Source: Fimbriosthenelais zetlandica
Lineage: Eukaryota
DNA length: 64,000 nucleotides
NCBI GenBank assembly: GCA_977030845.1
Contig: OZ365116.1
Span: forward strand, 19,902,001 to 19,966,000
Direction of reading: 5' to 3'
The notes under the pieces are model-generated. The model was given only the letters and a program-made list of their open reading frames with translations, was not told where the DNA came from and made no database searches. The position numbers and the translations under genes were made by a program. Of this stretch, positions 38,601 through 51,600 are shown piece after piece. The first letter of the stretch is position 1. The number at the start of each line of letters is the position of its first letter.

Positions 38601-40630
38601 CTCTCTCCTCCAACCCCAAGCCATGCTCTCATCAATTCTCCTCCTAAACCCGAATACACCCAGTCATTTGTACGTCCACAATAAATGCTTGCTTTTCGTG
38701 AGGATTACACATTTCTGAAGCAGGTCACGCACGCCGGTTGTTGTATCAAAGGATCATCTTAAGATGTTAAAATAGAAACTAAAGCAATGAAATGAATTGT
38801 CACTTGAATAAGACGTTTGTAAATATGTTATCTGTCGGCTCAATGTGTTCACAACTTAAGTATATTCAGGTACCCCAGGCTGTACAACCCATTTTGTGAA
38901 CCCTTGTCAGTGATAATACCTCATAAAAATATGATGTATTTTCGGGTTGTGCCCAACCCATAAAGGTACAATGTACGACTAAAGCACCCATGGGTAGGAC
39001 ATGCATTATTTCCAGGTTCTATAGCTTGCATTATTCTAATGATCTTTCTGCATTATTTACGATCCAGAGTAGGGGACAGGAGGATGGTACCCGCATGGTA
39101 AATCCTTCCCCAAATGAGCTTATACGGGATCTATTTTCTAACAATAATAAATTAATTGTATTTAGGGGTCCATAGAGAATTTACTCCTCCTTTGTTGAAA
39201 AGACCTTAAACCTTAAGAGTATTAGCAACCCCAGTATGATGTTGCGTACCCTAACCCCTAATAAGGGAAAGCTTGATGTATAGGAAGGTACTGCTCGTAT
39301 GTAAGAGGCACTGCTAGTGGCCAGGTGCTCAGGGACATGAGTCATGTCTATATACGAGATCCTGTGAAAGAACTACTCTCATTTGTCTTCCACTTGTGTA
39401 CGAAATATTATCTTATAATTATGGAAAAGGTTGTGAATCTGACTTGCATACAGCTGACTCAATACATAGTACAAATAGTATGCAATTGTTAAATGCAAAC
39501 CTGTATCAAATATAAATAAAATAGTGTGTTACTTTAAATGCATTAAGGAACTGCATAAGGAAATATGTTATGTCTTGAATATTTAGTGATGTTAGTGGGG
39601 GTCGTATAGGTAGCCAGTATGGGTGTGTAGGGCTGTGAGTTGGTTGCCCCATACAACCATTGCCCATGATAAGTTGTGGCCCACTCCCGCCCAGAGATGT
39701 AGTAAAACGGCCTCCACATGACCAGTACCATTTCCGGATCCGGAGGCTTTTGATCGCCAGACCAACGCTGTGTCTGTACAAGGTAAATTTATCGAGGTAG
39801 GAGGGCTAGTTCAGAGCATAGTAGCGGACCTGTCACATACATTCCTACCCTGATCTGCATCAAGTAGATATCGCCCCTATCTAAGAAATCTTATAATTGC
39901 ATAGAAGCATCACGGCATCTGAGATTTTCTCTACCATCTTTGCCTCCAAGTTGCTTATTCAATCATGTAACCTCTGTGTCGGCTTCATGTTCATAATAGC
40001 ATTTTATATCGATCTTTTCTGGAAAGAACATATATAAAAGAAGCTCTTGTTTAAGGATATACATGCAACATTGGCTCTAGCAATATATCTTAGAAGAATA
40101 ACCTGAATGCTCGGCCAATGTAGTCAATACCAGACATGCAAGAAATAAATTTGAAGAACAGATGGTGGCGCCGAAGGGGCAGTCTATATAGGCCGCCAGG
40201 GGCGCCAGTCTCTGAGGGCAGGAAGTGTACAGCGAGCTACTCGCACCATCGTCATTTCCGGCATGACTTGTTAAAATGTTTTGTGTCACGCACCGGGTGA
40301 TAATTGCGTGTTTCCATGGGTGGCAGCAGTATATAAATCCCCAGTCAATGCTAGCCTTTTTGGCTGCCGGATGTGTGGGGGTCGGGTGGTCAATGGGCAG
40401 TATACATGGGCTTGTCTGACCGTCTCAACTAGTGAAATGTCACCAGCTCGCTCTCACTAAACTGCTCGAGTGGACAAGTGGTTCGGCAGGAGTCAAGAAT
40501 ATATGTTATCTCACACCAAATAGGTTACCTCACACTTTTTTGGGGGGAAAACAAAGCATCCACCTATGAATTAGGACTACAATTGTAAAGTAAAGCAAAA
40601 ATGAGAAAGAGAGCAGAAAAACTCACGCAC

Positions 40631-42541
40631 CATTTTGAGATGCTCCGAGTCAATTCTAAGGACTCCGTTCTCGTCTTCGGGGCTAGGCGGTAGATAACAG
40701 GAATCCACACTTATCCTGGAGTTCCTTTTAACACTATCCACGCTACTTGTAGAATTTAATCTGAGGAAAAGATTATCACTGGTGGAGGGTTCTCCTCCCC
40801 AGTCATGAGCGCCTTCTTTAGGACTGTTAGGGCTGAAACACGAGTCAGTGTACCAGCCAGAATCAGCGTGCTGACTTATAAAAGAATCCGTTCTCCAGTT
40901 AGATTCATATTTGTCCGAGAAAACATCAGGACTTTCTCCAACACTAGTACTTGCGTAAGAGTCTGTGTCCCAGTCTAGAAGCACACTGCTGCCTTTGATT
41001 TGCACAGGGCTTGGGAGACTGATGTCATCACTGTATGGGGCACTACTGATGTCACTTATGACGTCACTAAAAGGTGCGCTGATGTCACTAGTTTCACTTT
41101 CACAAACAGACGCAGAACTGCTGAACGTGGCACCGTCCGGGCTTGTACATTGAGAACCTTCGTCCTCACTGCTTACTCTGCTTGGTTTATGCATGTTGCA
41201 GGAGAGTGAGGGGAGAGATAAACTAGAGTCAAACTTCTTCCTGGTGGGACTGACATTTTGTAAATTTGTTCCACTTTGATTATTACTACTAGCACAAGCA
41301 GTGCTACCAGCAGCAGCAGATGCTTTCACCGGGGATTTTTTATCACTTCTCAGGGAAGTACTACGGGTTGGGATAGCTCTGGGTCTTGGGATTTGCCTCA
41401 CAGGGATTTTTCTACCTGGGCTTGATGGGGATTTGACTTCAGGACTTCCACCTGGATGGCCAGCACTTTTATTTCCGTCTGGACCCCTGCCAGCCACCCT
41501 TCCATCATATTTTTCACTTTTCACATTCTGGCTTGAGGTCTGTTTATTGGCGGGGGCTGCAGTAGGGCTGGTTGGTTTTGGGGAACGATTAGATGATCTG
41601 GAATTTGATTGGCTTTCTGAGCCGGAGTTGGAACTGGAGTTGGAACCAAGCCTTGTGCTTCTACGGTTGGCTATTACACCCCCTTTTCCTCCTCCGCCTC
41701 CTGCTGCCCTTCCTGCTCCTGTTCCTCCACCAGCTGCTCCTCTACCTGCTCCTGTTCCTCCACCAGCTGCCCCTCTACCTGCTCCTGCTCCGCTAGCATG
41801 GCTTCGTGAGGATCCTAATTTAGCTTGGCTTTTAGCTCCACCGGTAGGGATAGGTATAGCCATTCTTGGTTTCAGCCTCGTGCCTGTTGCTGGGCCTTGA
41901 GGCTTTGTCGATGGCTCTGCCATCGTCAACGATGACTGATTGCCACGACTGCTTGCATCTGAGCCCCGAGCCCCCGCCTTTCCATCACCACTGTCTGAGC
42001 CTACAGGGAGATGAGACTTGCCCCCCATCTGTGACTCTGAATTCCCACTAGATACGGCATTAGATGGCCTGCCACATACACCGGGGTTGGTCCTTGGGGC
42101 CTGAGAACCCCCAAAGTCAGCCTTGCCATCAGTCCGCAGGCCTGCGTTCACCTTTGCCATTGATGCGGCACTGTTGGCGCCTCCAGCCACCCTCACATTG
42201 GTGGAGGAGGGTAGTCGACATGGGATGGACGTGGTGACAGTAGTGTTAGCTGTAGTAAGTCTTGGGAGGCCAACCCCTTTTCTTAAGGCACCATCCTTTG
42301 TGCTTACACCAAGGCTCAACCTGCTGGGGCGATTTGCAGGTGCAGTTCCTGACCTTGCCCTTGGTATTCCCGTCCCTCCAGGCACTGGTATAGATGTGGA
42401 GCCTGTCTGGGGCCTCCTGGTCACTTCCTCAATGACTGGAAGCCTTGATATATTACCTACCCCCGATCCCTTTTTATCACTGGCCGCTCCCACGCCAGCA
42501 CCTACACAACGTCCCCCCGCTTTCTTGTCCTTCTCCGCCAT
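40631..42541 (-). CDS. Large first coding exon encoding a 637-aa intrinsically disordered N-terminus (Ser/Gly/Ala/Pro/Arg-rich, then Ser/Asp-rich); candidate microtubule +TIP or adaptor isoform
   Basis: 661-codon ORF; ATG at 42541 in a strong acaATGG context; donor candidates ATG|GTGCGT (40630) or C|GTGAGT (40626), after which the ORF runs into intron-like pyrimidine sequence. Downstream exons not identified. Confidence 0.88.
41712..41791 (-). repeat. 33-bp coding tandem repeat (GAGRGAAGGGT x2.4)
   Basis: cctgctcctgttcctccaccagctgc(t/c)cctcta at 41712 and 41745, partial copy at 41778. Confidence 0.9.
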
Positions 42542-45500
42542 TGTAAATAAGCAATCAATCAATTATATCTTGATCAATACGCTTCACCGGGAACAATGGG
42601 GTTAAATCACATGGCCATAGCCTCCGGGTGTAGCTGATAATGTAGGAGGATTAGGCTGCATGGGAAGGCACTCAGAGAGAGAAGCCTAGACTTGTGTATG
42701 TATCACAACGATGTTAACATGTTACAAGATCTACTGTAACGTTTATATTCAGCCACGTGATTGTCTTTATGTACAGCACAAAACATTGACGATCTGCCAA
42801 CACGAAAAAGTCAACGAGGATTTTTGTATGCCACAATTTACAGATATATCACGAAGTTTATATGGTAGCGTGTACAAGATCCACTTGGATCTGACGTCCA
42901 AAATATATCCATTGAATCACAATCATTTAGTTCCTTGATTATATAACAAACGTCGATGCAGGTATAACAATGAGTTGAACAAGTCATTAAAGTGTAATTG
43001 ATTGATGGGGTGTAATTACTGGAGGTTATATACAGGTAGACTCACCAACAAGAGGTTATAGTACTACAGGCATATTCTACTCAACACCAACAATGAATAT
43101 GCATGAATCAATATCCTGTCAACAATAAGGTCCCATCTGCCGCTCACACTCTATTAAGGCCATATCATAAAGTTAATTTATTATTTCTCCACAGTTTTCA
43201 TGTTCAGTGGCATTGATATCGCCTTGCAGCATTGTATACATATGGAGTACCGCTCTCCGGTGTTTAGCTATAGAGCATATATTGTGTTGGAGTATACACT
43301 TCATATCAGTGAGTGATTGATATGCTCCTTTTTATTGCACTGCTGATCGCCCATGCATAATTGCTCCTGAATTCAATGACAGGGCTTTGATCGATGTCTA
43401 TATAAGGTTTCTTTTTAATGTCAAATTAAAGCATCACCATTGTATAGATCTAATCCAGCTAGCGTGTAATTATTTGACAGTCATTGATGAGGATATCTTA
43501 TATTGACTATATCATGCCTAGACATGGCAGTCTCTGGATCACTTATAAGTTTAAGTGTTTGTCTGTTGGGAAGTGAATTAAATATTAGTGAGGGCTGAAT
43601 GCCTTTGAGATCGGCCAAAAATCTCATCAACCTACTCCTGCCAGTTACACTTCCCTATCTCCAAGCATGTGGGTCAATAGCCTACGTTACCATGGTTTCC
43701 ACTGGAGTTGTGCCTGATTATTCTCTGCCAAGGTTTGTTCAGGCGTCTTTAGTTGGAAAATACCACAGATTGAGACTCCAAATCAGATGCTCCAAGCTTT
43801 TAAACACCTTCACTACCTCTTTGAATAATCTTTCTATTGTAATATTTCATTTCATAAAGATCATATTTTCACAGGATAACATCATGAATTCCCCGATGTC
43901 ATTTCATGAATAATGTACGCCGTTATTCCGGAGAATAAATCAGAGCTTCCTTTTGTACAGGACATCTGAGGAATCCATTTATGCATCTCAGGTTTGTAAT
44001 TGCATTTCCAGTGGGGCTGCCCTATACGCACCCTGAATGGCTGATAATTTTCTTTTGGTTAGAGAGGTCCCTCAGCATGGATTATTAGGCTCTCAGCTGA
44101 TGAACTACATGTCCCAGCAATGGATATGGAGAGGGATAGGGTCTCATTATTGTACATAAAGATGTTTATCATAGGGGATTCCTTAAGGTCATGCTTGCTA
44201 CAGAGAGATGTCTCTCACAATGTCTTTGACACTGCTCCACACAGACATAAACACCAGTCAGTATGGGTGTGTATTGAGGTCAGTTATCTAATTTTCACCT
44301 CCATAGAACACTCTTATGCTTTATATTGGATCAATGCCTCTGTATTGTCACTCATCATAAAATATACATTTGCACTTAGCCTGTAGGTAAATCACAAGTA
44401 GGCCCCCAGTATTCCATCTCGATATCTATTCATGATTTCCGAGGGCTGCGGTAGGAAACATCCACTTATTCATGGTTTACCAACTCTTTCGATATATAAT
44501 GCATTGCCGTATGGCGTTATGGCAGAATTCTCTTTCATAAAGCAGATAGAGTACCATTGGGAGAGACTGACCTAGCGTCGTTTCAGGACACAGTAATGTA
44601 TTTGCGGTATAGTACTTCCACTTGTAGATCACCACCCATGTTTGTGCATGGAGGAACGTGACCTTTTTGCCCTCTCCGGCTCTTAACTGGCATGTTCGGC
44701 CATGTTCAAACACAATATAGTGAGAGAAAGGCTACTATATTATTCATGAAGGTCACTAAATATGTTCTTGTCAGGATTATATATATAAAAAACTGTTTCA
44801 TTTACAAGCACATCATCAGAAATAAAATAGATTCAGTTTTATCTGCTATAATTTGACCAGGGTTGAATATATTTTTCAAGGAATAACGAATGATCTTTCC
44901 ATGGCAAATGTTCCAAAGAATGTTGGTGATCTACTATTGATGATTTCTTGGCGTAATGGCCAGCGGTAAACTGGCGCATTGTTAAGAGGCGATTGGTGGG
45001 TGGATGATGTGTGTGTCAATGCTCTCCACTCAGCTTCCTCATACAAGATGTCCAACCAAGCAGCAAATGTCAATATAGATACCATGTAATTCCAACCATC
45101 AAAGGCCTCCTGGCAAATACCAGCAGTGCACATTGCATTAGCTCTCCATCGATTGGTATCATTATTCCAGGTGCAATTCCTTAATACCCCCTTCTTTTGT
45201 TTTCACTTCTTTATCTTTTTGGTTCAGAAAATCCAGTTTTGTTTGATTTTAGGTTATTTTATCACCACACCAGGTCCAACCCTGTAATTTCCGGTCCACA
45301 AAAGGGGCTCTGCTCCGCCTCCTCTTTACTTTTTGTGATTTATTCAATGAGTCTAATACAGTTCATTTGATGTGGAGTGAATCCAAAAAAGAACAATCTG
45401 TTGTTATTTCCAATTCCCACTCGGAGGCTGGACTATGAAGTGAGGTAATGGGCCGCCTTCGTGTGTTGAACACGTTTAGACCTTCTTCAATGGCGGCCTT

Positions 45501-48102
45501 TCTCTTTCTTTCAAGTATGAAATGATCATGGATTCAGATCAGGATATTTATTGGAGTCATTCCAAAAACTGACTTAAATTTTAGAATGTGCTTCACTGGG
45601 AACAGCTGGTGATGTCAGAGTGAAGCATCAGACAATTTTTGCTGACTTTAAGGTCAGAGTAAACATGATGGTTAAATGATATATTCACCGTGCATCCACA
45701 TGCGAGGCGTATAAACCAACACTTCATTACCGCACCATGGCGCAGTCTCTGTTGACCTTATATTGTGATAGTTGGGTTATTTTTTATCTGTATCGTAATT
45801 GGGATGTTACTAGAAAGCTTTTGAATTATTTCCAGTTCCTCCCAATATGAAATAAAAATGCCCCAGAAATATCTTCATACATCTATTTGTTATTAACACA
45901 ATGTGGGTTGGTCTCTATGGTACAATGCAATATATCATCGTTCATTTCCATTATGCATCTTCTTTCGAAGCGTACCATTGCAGTATGTGTCCCAGAGATG
46001 ATGGATATTTAAAACTACTGAAGAAAGTGCTTATAAGATTATGGACGATTCACTGTATGTAATGTCTGTAGAAGGGAGGACACGTGGAAAGTCGTGCTAA
46101 ACCCACAGTGTACCTAGCTGTCATGTAGATGAGTGATTATAATACATATAGCTACTGGATGCTATAGTGGCATTCACCGTCTAACTGTTTGAGGACACTT
46201 GGGTACATAATATAATATATATTCACTGTTGGGTAAATAATACAGCACATGGAATCCTACTTATACAACTGGTTCCAAGTGATGCATGGGTATAATACAT
46301 ATGTACACATGTATGAGGGGCATACGTAACTCGCATGTGAAAGTCACCCAGCTGTGCTATATATGGTCTTTGATGTATGTAACACGTGCTGGCGTATTGT
46401 CTGGTACTATATTTTACCTTAAACATACACCAAACATTTTTTATATATAAATATTAAATATTTTCTCCTGTGGGTATAGTTGGAATTCAGTATAGCATTT
46501 CACACGGTCATGTGGAAGCATAGAGTTCTTTGTTATTGTACAAAAAATAGAGAATCCAATAAATGTAAAGTCTCCAAAATTCAACAGGTTTATGCAGCAG
46601 ATTAAAGAATCCGGAATACTGTCTTTAGACGTGTCAGGTGGTCATATACATGGTTACAATACTGTTTTTATCTTTGATCTGTTGGTTCAATGTCTTATGA
46701 AAATGAAAGGCAAAGAACACAGGTCATATATTCAACAGGACTTATATTTAAAGTCAATTCAACATAGGTAGTCCTTGGAGAGCGACTGATATCATTTCGA
46801 TAACATTTCTCCCAGTATTGACTGGCATACTCAACAGAAAAATAGAATTCTGTGACGACAGGCGGACTTCAAAGCTTGCTTTGCTCGACTCGATTCCCAG
46901 GAGATAAATCCTATTTTTATTAGGCGGCAGGTCCCACGCCTTTTGCATGCCAGAGACTGACGCCTTTAAGCACAGTCATGACGCCTATATCATGCCAATG
47001 CTTCTATCTATTGGGCGCCAGTTGACAGCAGTCCGCGCCGCACGCTATTGATAGTGGCTATCTGCTCCCATTATCGACTGTGGGGGTCCTGCTCAGCAGA
47101 GCAGCCCGTCATCACAATAGCCATGAGATGGATGCCCTTTAACTGGTGAAATGATATCTGGTGGAGAGATCATAACCACCCTATCATCACCTTTAGTAAT
47201 CAGTGCCCGTCTCAGTTCACTCCCCGGGTACTGTCTTATCTATAGGTTGATTATAATGGGACATTCTGTCCTATTGTCAACCATTTATAAACTGCTGATC
47301 AGGACTTGCTGCCTTGGTAACCGTACACAAAACATCCAGCACCTGCTCTGGTAGATTTAAAGGCGCCTGTACTTTCTCATATAATTGGCTGAGGGAATTA
47401 CTGAAAGATCATAATCCTCCCGAGTTGTAACACAGTCCAATTATTGCCCTATTACTACCGATATCTCACATGCTTTCCGTTGGGTTCAAAATATTCCAGC
47501 TTTAATTGGTGTATGAAAGAACTTGAAGCAGGTCTCTAAATTACTAATGAAATAACCAGTTTTTAAGGCTTGGGAAGGCTGGATATAAAGGAGGCATTGT
47601 TATAGGTAAGACTCCTGCATGCTCACATCATTCATTGAAAGCTTTTAAACATATATTTCCTCAGTCAGAATGTCGTGCTTTGAATGATTCCAAGGGGTAC
47701 ACACATATGTATGTTAGTGGTGGTGCCTCGGGGTTAGCGGGGTTACAATAGGGTGTGTTTGTTGTTCACTAAGTGAGCACATATGTTGATGGTGGAGTTG
47801 GGGGGCTGCTGGCTGGATGGCTTCACGTGGGGAACCCAGTCTTTCACTCTGTGTTTGTACGTACATCCACTACAACACTCTCTCCCTCTTATGTGGGCAG
47901 CCACCCCCTTGTACTTGAGATCCAAATAGCTTCACATTTTGCTCAGGTTGCTTTCAACACACATCCATCTAACCATGGCTGTAATATCCCCAGACAGTAG
48001 ATATATAATCCATTGCTTACAGGCGCGAAGGAATGCTTCTATATTATATTGTTCTCAGATTTAGATTCTTGATATTATTATAGTTGCTTTGTGATGTTGG
48101 AG

Positions 48103-48630
48103 TTAAATTGACAATCTATGTGAGCCACGTGTTGCTGGCACGACCTTTAATAATCCACAGCTTCCACCTTGCTCACAATTCGGCGGTGCACATGTACAGG
48201 TTGTTGTTCTCAGCCCACGTGAGAGCATACTGCGCACTCCCATGTTGAGGAGGAGGGACACCTTGAGAGTTGAAGGCCCTTTTTTAATGATCAAAGCATG
48301 ATCAAAGGTAGAGAGCGATCTAGGTGGATGAGGAGGGGTGCGTGGTGTGCGATGGTAGCCTGTCGTATGTAAGTGTTGGGGAGCATATGTGTAATGCCAG
48401 TCTGTCTCCACCTCTCTGGTATTGGTCTTGGCTGGGGTGGTGGTGGTGTTGGAGGTGGGTGGTGGTGGTGGCCACTCCTCCTCCTGTGCTCCTGGTCTGG
48501 CTGCTGGCTGGTTGGATCCTGGTAAAGCTTGGATCCCGCTAGTAGAAGCTGGTAGAAGGCATTGGTAGGTAGTTTTACTAGTGCTGGTCTTGCTATGGTC
48601 TCTTGCTGTCTGGCAGCTGGCCATCTGCAT
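48103..48630 (-). CDS. Possible Pro/Thr-rich coding exon (…QEEEWPPPPPTSNTTTT…)
   Basis: 175-aa ORF with a second - frame also open for about 130 codons (HHHHPPPTPPPPQP); possible phase-0 donor AAG|GTGTCC at 48261. Could be compositional bias only. Confidence 0.35.
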   Translation of the reverse strand: MQMASCQTARDHSKTSTSKTTYQCLLPASTSGIQALPGSNQPAARPGAQEEEWPPPPPTSNTTTTPAKTNTREVETDWHYTYAPQHLHTTGYHRTPRTPPHPPRSLSTFDHALIIKKGPSTLKVSLLLNMGVRSMLSRGLRTTTCTCAPPNCEQGGSCGLLKVVPATRGSHRLSI

Positions 48631-51600
48631 CCATGCGGCTGCTTCAGCTGCTGATCTTGCTTGTCTATGTGCCTACATCTGCTCTAGGCTTAAAACTGCA
48701 GTAGATCCACGACCAGTTACCTTTCTACACTTTACACTGGTGGTGATAAGCGATATATATAGAGGACAAGGCTGCTGAATATGATGCGATAAGAGCAAAT
48801 GTAGTGTGTAAAACAACAGAGCTCTAATAGTAAATTCATTATCATCTGTCTTCCCCACCTCAACCTCAAATCAGAATTATACCTATGGTAATACCATTCA
48901 AACTGCTCATAAAATATAAGTATTATTCCTTGCCATTTTGACTGAATACAATTAGGATCGTCTTTTAAAAGGTTTTACACAAACTGTTAATAATAAATGG
49001 GGAAGTTTTGAGAATTTTCAACTATATATCACTATTGATTGGCTTCAACAGTTGAGGACGGGTCTGTGAGTTGATGCTAATCACTTTAATATTACTTGAG
49101 CCTGGCGGGTCGGGTAAAGTTGGAGTGAGTCAAGCATTACTGATGATATTATCAGACCCTGTGTCCACGACCAGCAAGTGTCTATTTCTCAGGGGAGGTG
49201 AAGGCTGACAACCGAGTTTGTAATCATATTAGACACTAACTCACTCTCTATACACTCTCACAACATGGTGACCAGATGAACACTGTCTGCCTGTAGCTTC
49301 CACTAATGATGGGGCCTCACTTGTTTACCCTGGACAATGACATATTCCTGGCTAATCAACTTATTAAGTCTCATTTGTTTTATTATAGAATTACTGAATT
49401 GTAGCTAAAGTATCACTGGGTAAATATTCTGACATTTTCCCAAATAAAATTGCCAACTTTAGTCAATGTATGACTGGTACATATTCAAAGGCTGCTCAGC
49501 CCGTTTGCATAATACAATTTATCCCCCACACAAACACCCAGTCTTTCTATGGAACAAACTGAGATGAAGTGACAGGGAGAAGCGGGTTTAATTTTGTTTC
49601 CAACATTCACCCAATATCTCCCCCCGGCATGGAGCATGGACAGGTGACGGGTCAATTTGACTGCGGGCTTTCATGTCTACATGGTTGACAAATTACCAGT
49701 AAGGCACACGGCGCACACAGTCTGACTCTGTCTAACTATAGAGAACACTGGAAATTACTTGGATGAAGATGTATTAAAACTATATTCACAAAGTAAGGAA
49801 GGTTGTATTGGCTTTCCGCTTTTCACTAATTTTGATGTAAATTTATGAAGCGGATTTTATGGAAATTAGGGAGCTATCCTGATAGATGAAACTGGACTCG
49901 TGGGACATTTCTAATCCCAATTTCATCATCTATATCATCTAGGGAGTCACTAAATAATACCAATTTGCGATTTAGATTTGCTCTCTGTGATGTACTTGGA
50001 AAGTCATGTATTCATGAACCATAAAGAAATATAGAAGTTTGTGAATGATCTCTCTTTATGACGGATATCGACAGTAATGTGCCATTTGAATGCTAGGCAA
50101 TGTGAGGACCCATGCCATTAGACCAGTACCAGTTACCAACTGCCTAGAAATGTCATCTTTCAGGCTAACCTTAGGGTGGATGTTTCCCACCTTTGAGAAT
50201 AATTCAAAAACTGTCTTTTTCTCAAGAGGGTACTCACCGAAGAAATGTCATCGGATAGTCATCCATTTTAAATGGAAAACTAGCAAGTGATAAAAAAGGA
50301 CATAATTCTAAGGCAAAGTAGCCAGAAACCACCATAACTTCGTTAAAATATCAAGTGGTTTTATCATTGGATCCTGCCAACTAAAAGCATCATCCTGCCT
50401 CCTAGTGGGGAGTGCCTCCATTGGGATTATGGCATGCCTGTCTGCTGGCAGGATATTCCAGCAACAGACACATGGAGAGGAGGCCAATTGCAGCTTGAGA
50501 TTCTTTACTATCACTTTATATAGGCGGCTTGGGGAGGTGGTTGTAAGAGAGGAATAGCAAATAGCAGGAAGCGATCATGGCTCCCTTCTTAACACAATTT
50601 ACAGCTCCACGCCAGGAGAAAAAATATATGTGAAGGTATCGCCTCATCTGCCTCGACTGGCGAGTGGCATGGCCTGATTTGAAAATGACTTGGTGAGAGG
50701 ACGGCCAGGGAGAGAATCACCAAATTCTTGCCATTCTTTTTCTAAAATCACAACAATGTGTCATGTATTGATAGAGGCCAACCATGGGCCAAGGCAATCA
50801 GTGGAATAGTTTACCTACAATCAGATATTGTTCTGATTGATTTATGAGTCTGCCATATAAAGCGTTATGCCAGCCAGGCATCCTTATCTTGGACTTAGTG
50901 TGTTTGCTATGCGTTTTATTTGGGGGTTGACTCATGGATGCTGGCTATCTCAGCTCTCAGATTAATTGTTATGACTAATATTCCACTATTCACCATACTT
51001 CATGCCTCACGACCATTCATCATTATCATACCTCCCCGGGTATACCTCAAAGACAAGCTTTCTGAACAGTATTATTCCAGTTCTCTCATATTATTTTTAG
51101 GGGCCCAAATATATTTTATTCTTGCAACCTACATATATATGCTGCAGGAATTTCTGAGGGTCAGCAAGAGGAAATTCCAGACTAGAAATGGAGGAATTAT
51201 ACGAGGGATATGCCTATTTCGTAATAATTTCAATAAGATAGGACATGGTTCCCTCTGGAGCAGACCGTGCCATATTGAATCACCTTTCTGTGGGCCAGCT
51301 CCAAGTGGTGTAAGAAAGTATCAATATCCTCACGATAACGATACCCTAAGTCAGTGAGAGAGTATGGTGAATACTAGTCCCTGGACACTCCAATATCAAC
51401 CTACTCGCCTCCCTATCTCCTCCCACTTCCCTACCAGACTCCCACTATTTACCCCCATTATCGCCCACCTCAAGGGCATGCTCACGTGACTAGATAGTGA
51501 GCTCAGGAAGGCCATGCACAGTGCTATGGTTTAATCCATGGCCGGCCCAGCAGCTGGCGAGGCTATAATAATATTTGTCCACTCTTATTTTTTGTTTGGG

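Noticed and set aside
41301-42605. + strand ORFs of 199, 160, 67 and 61 aa
   Set aside because: Antisense shadows of the GC-rich low-complexity - strand exon.
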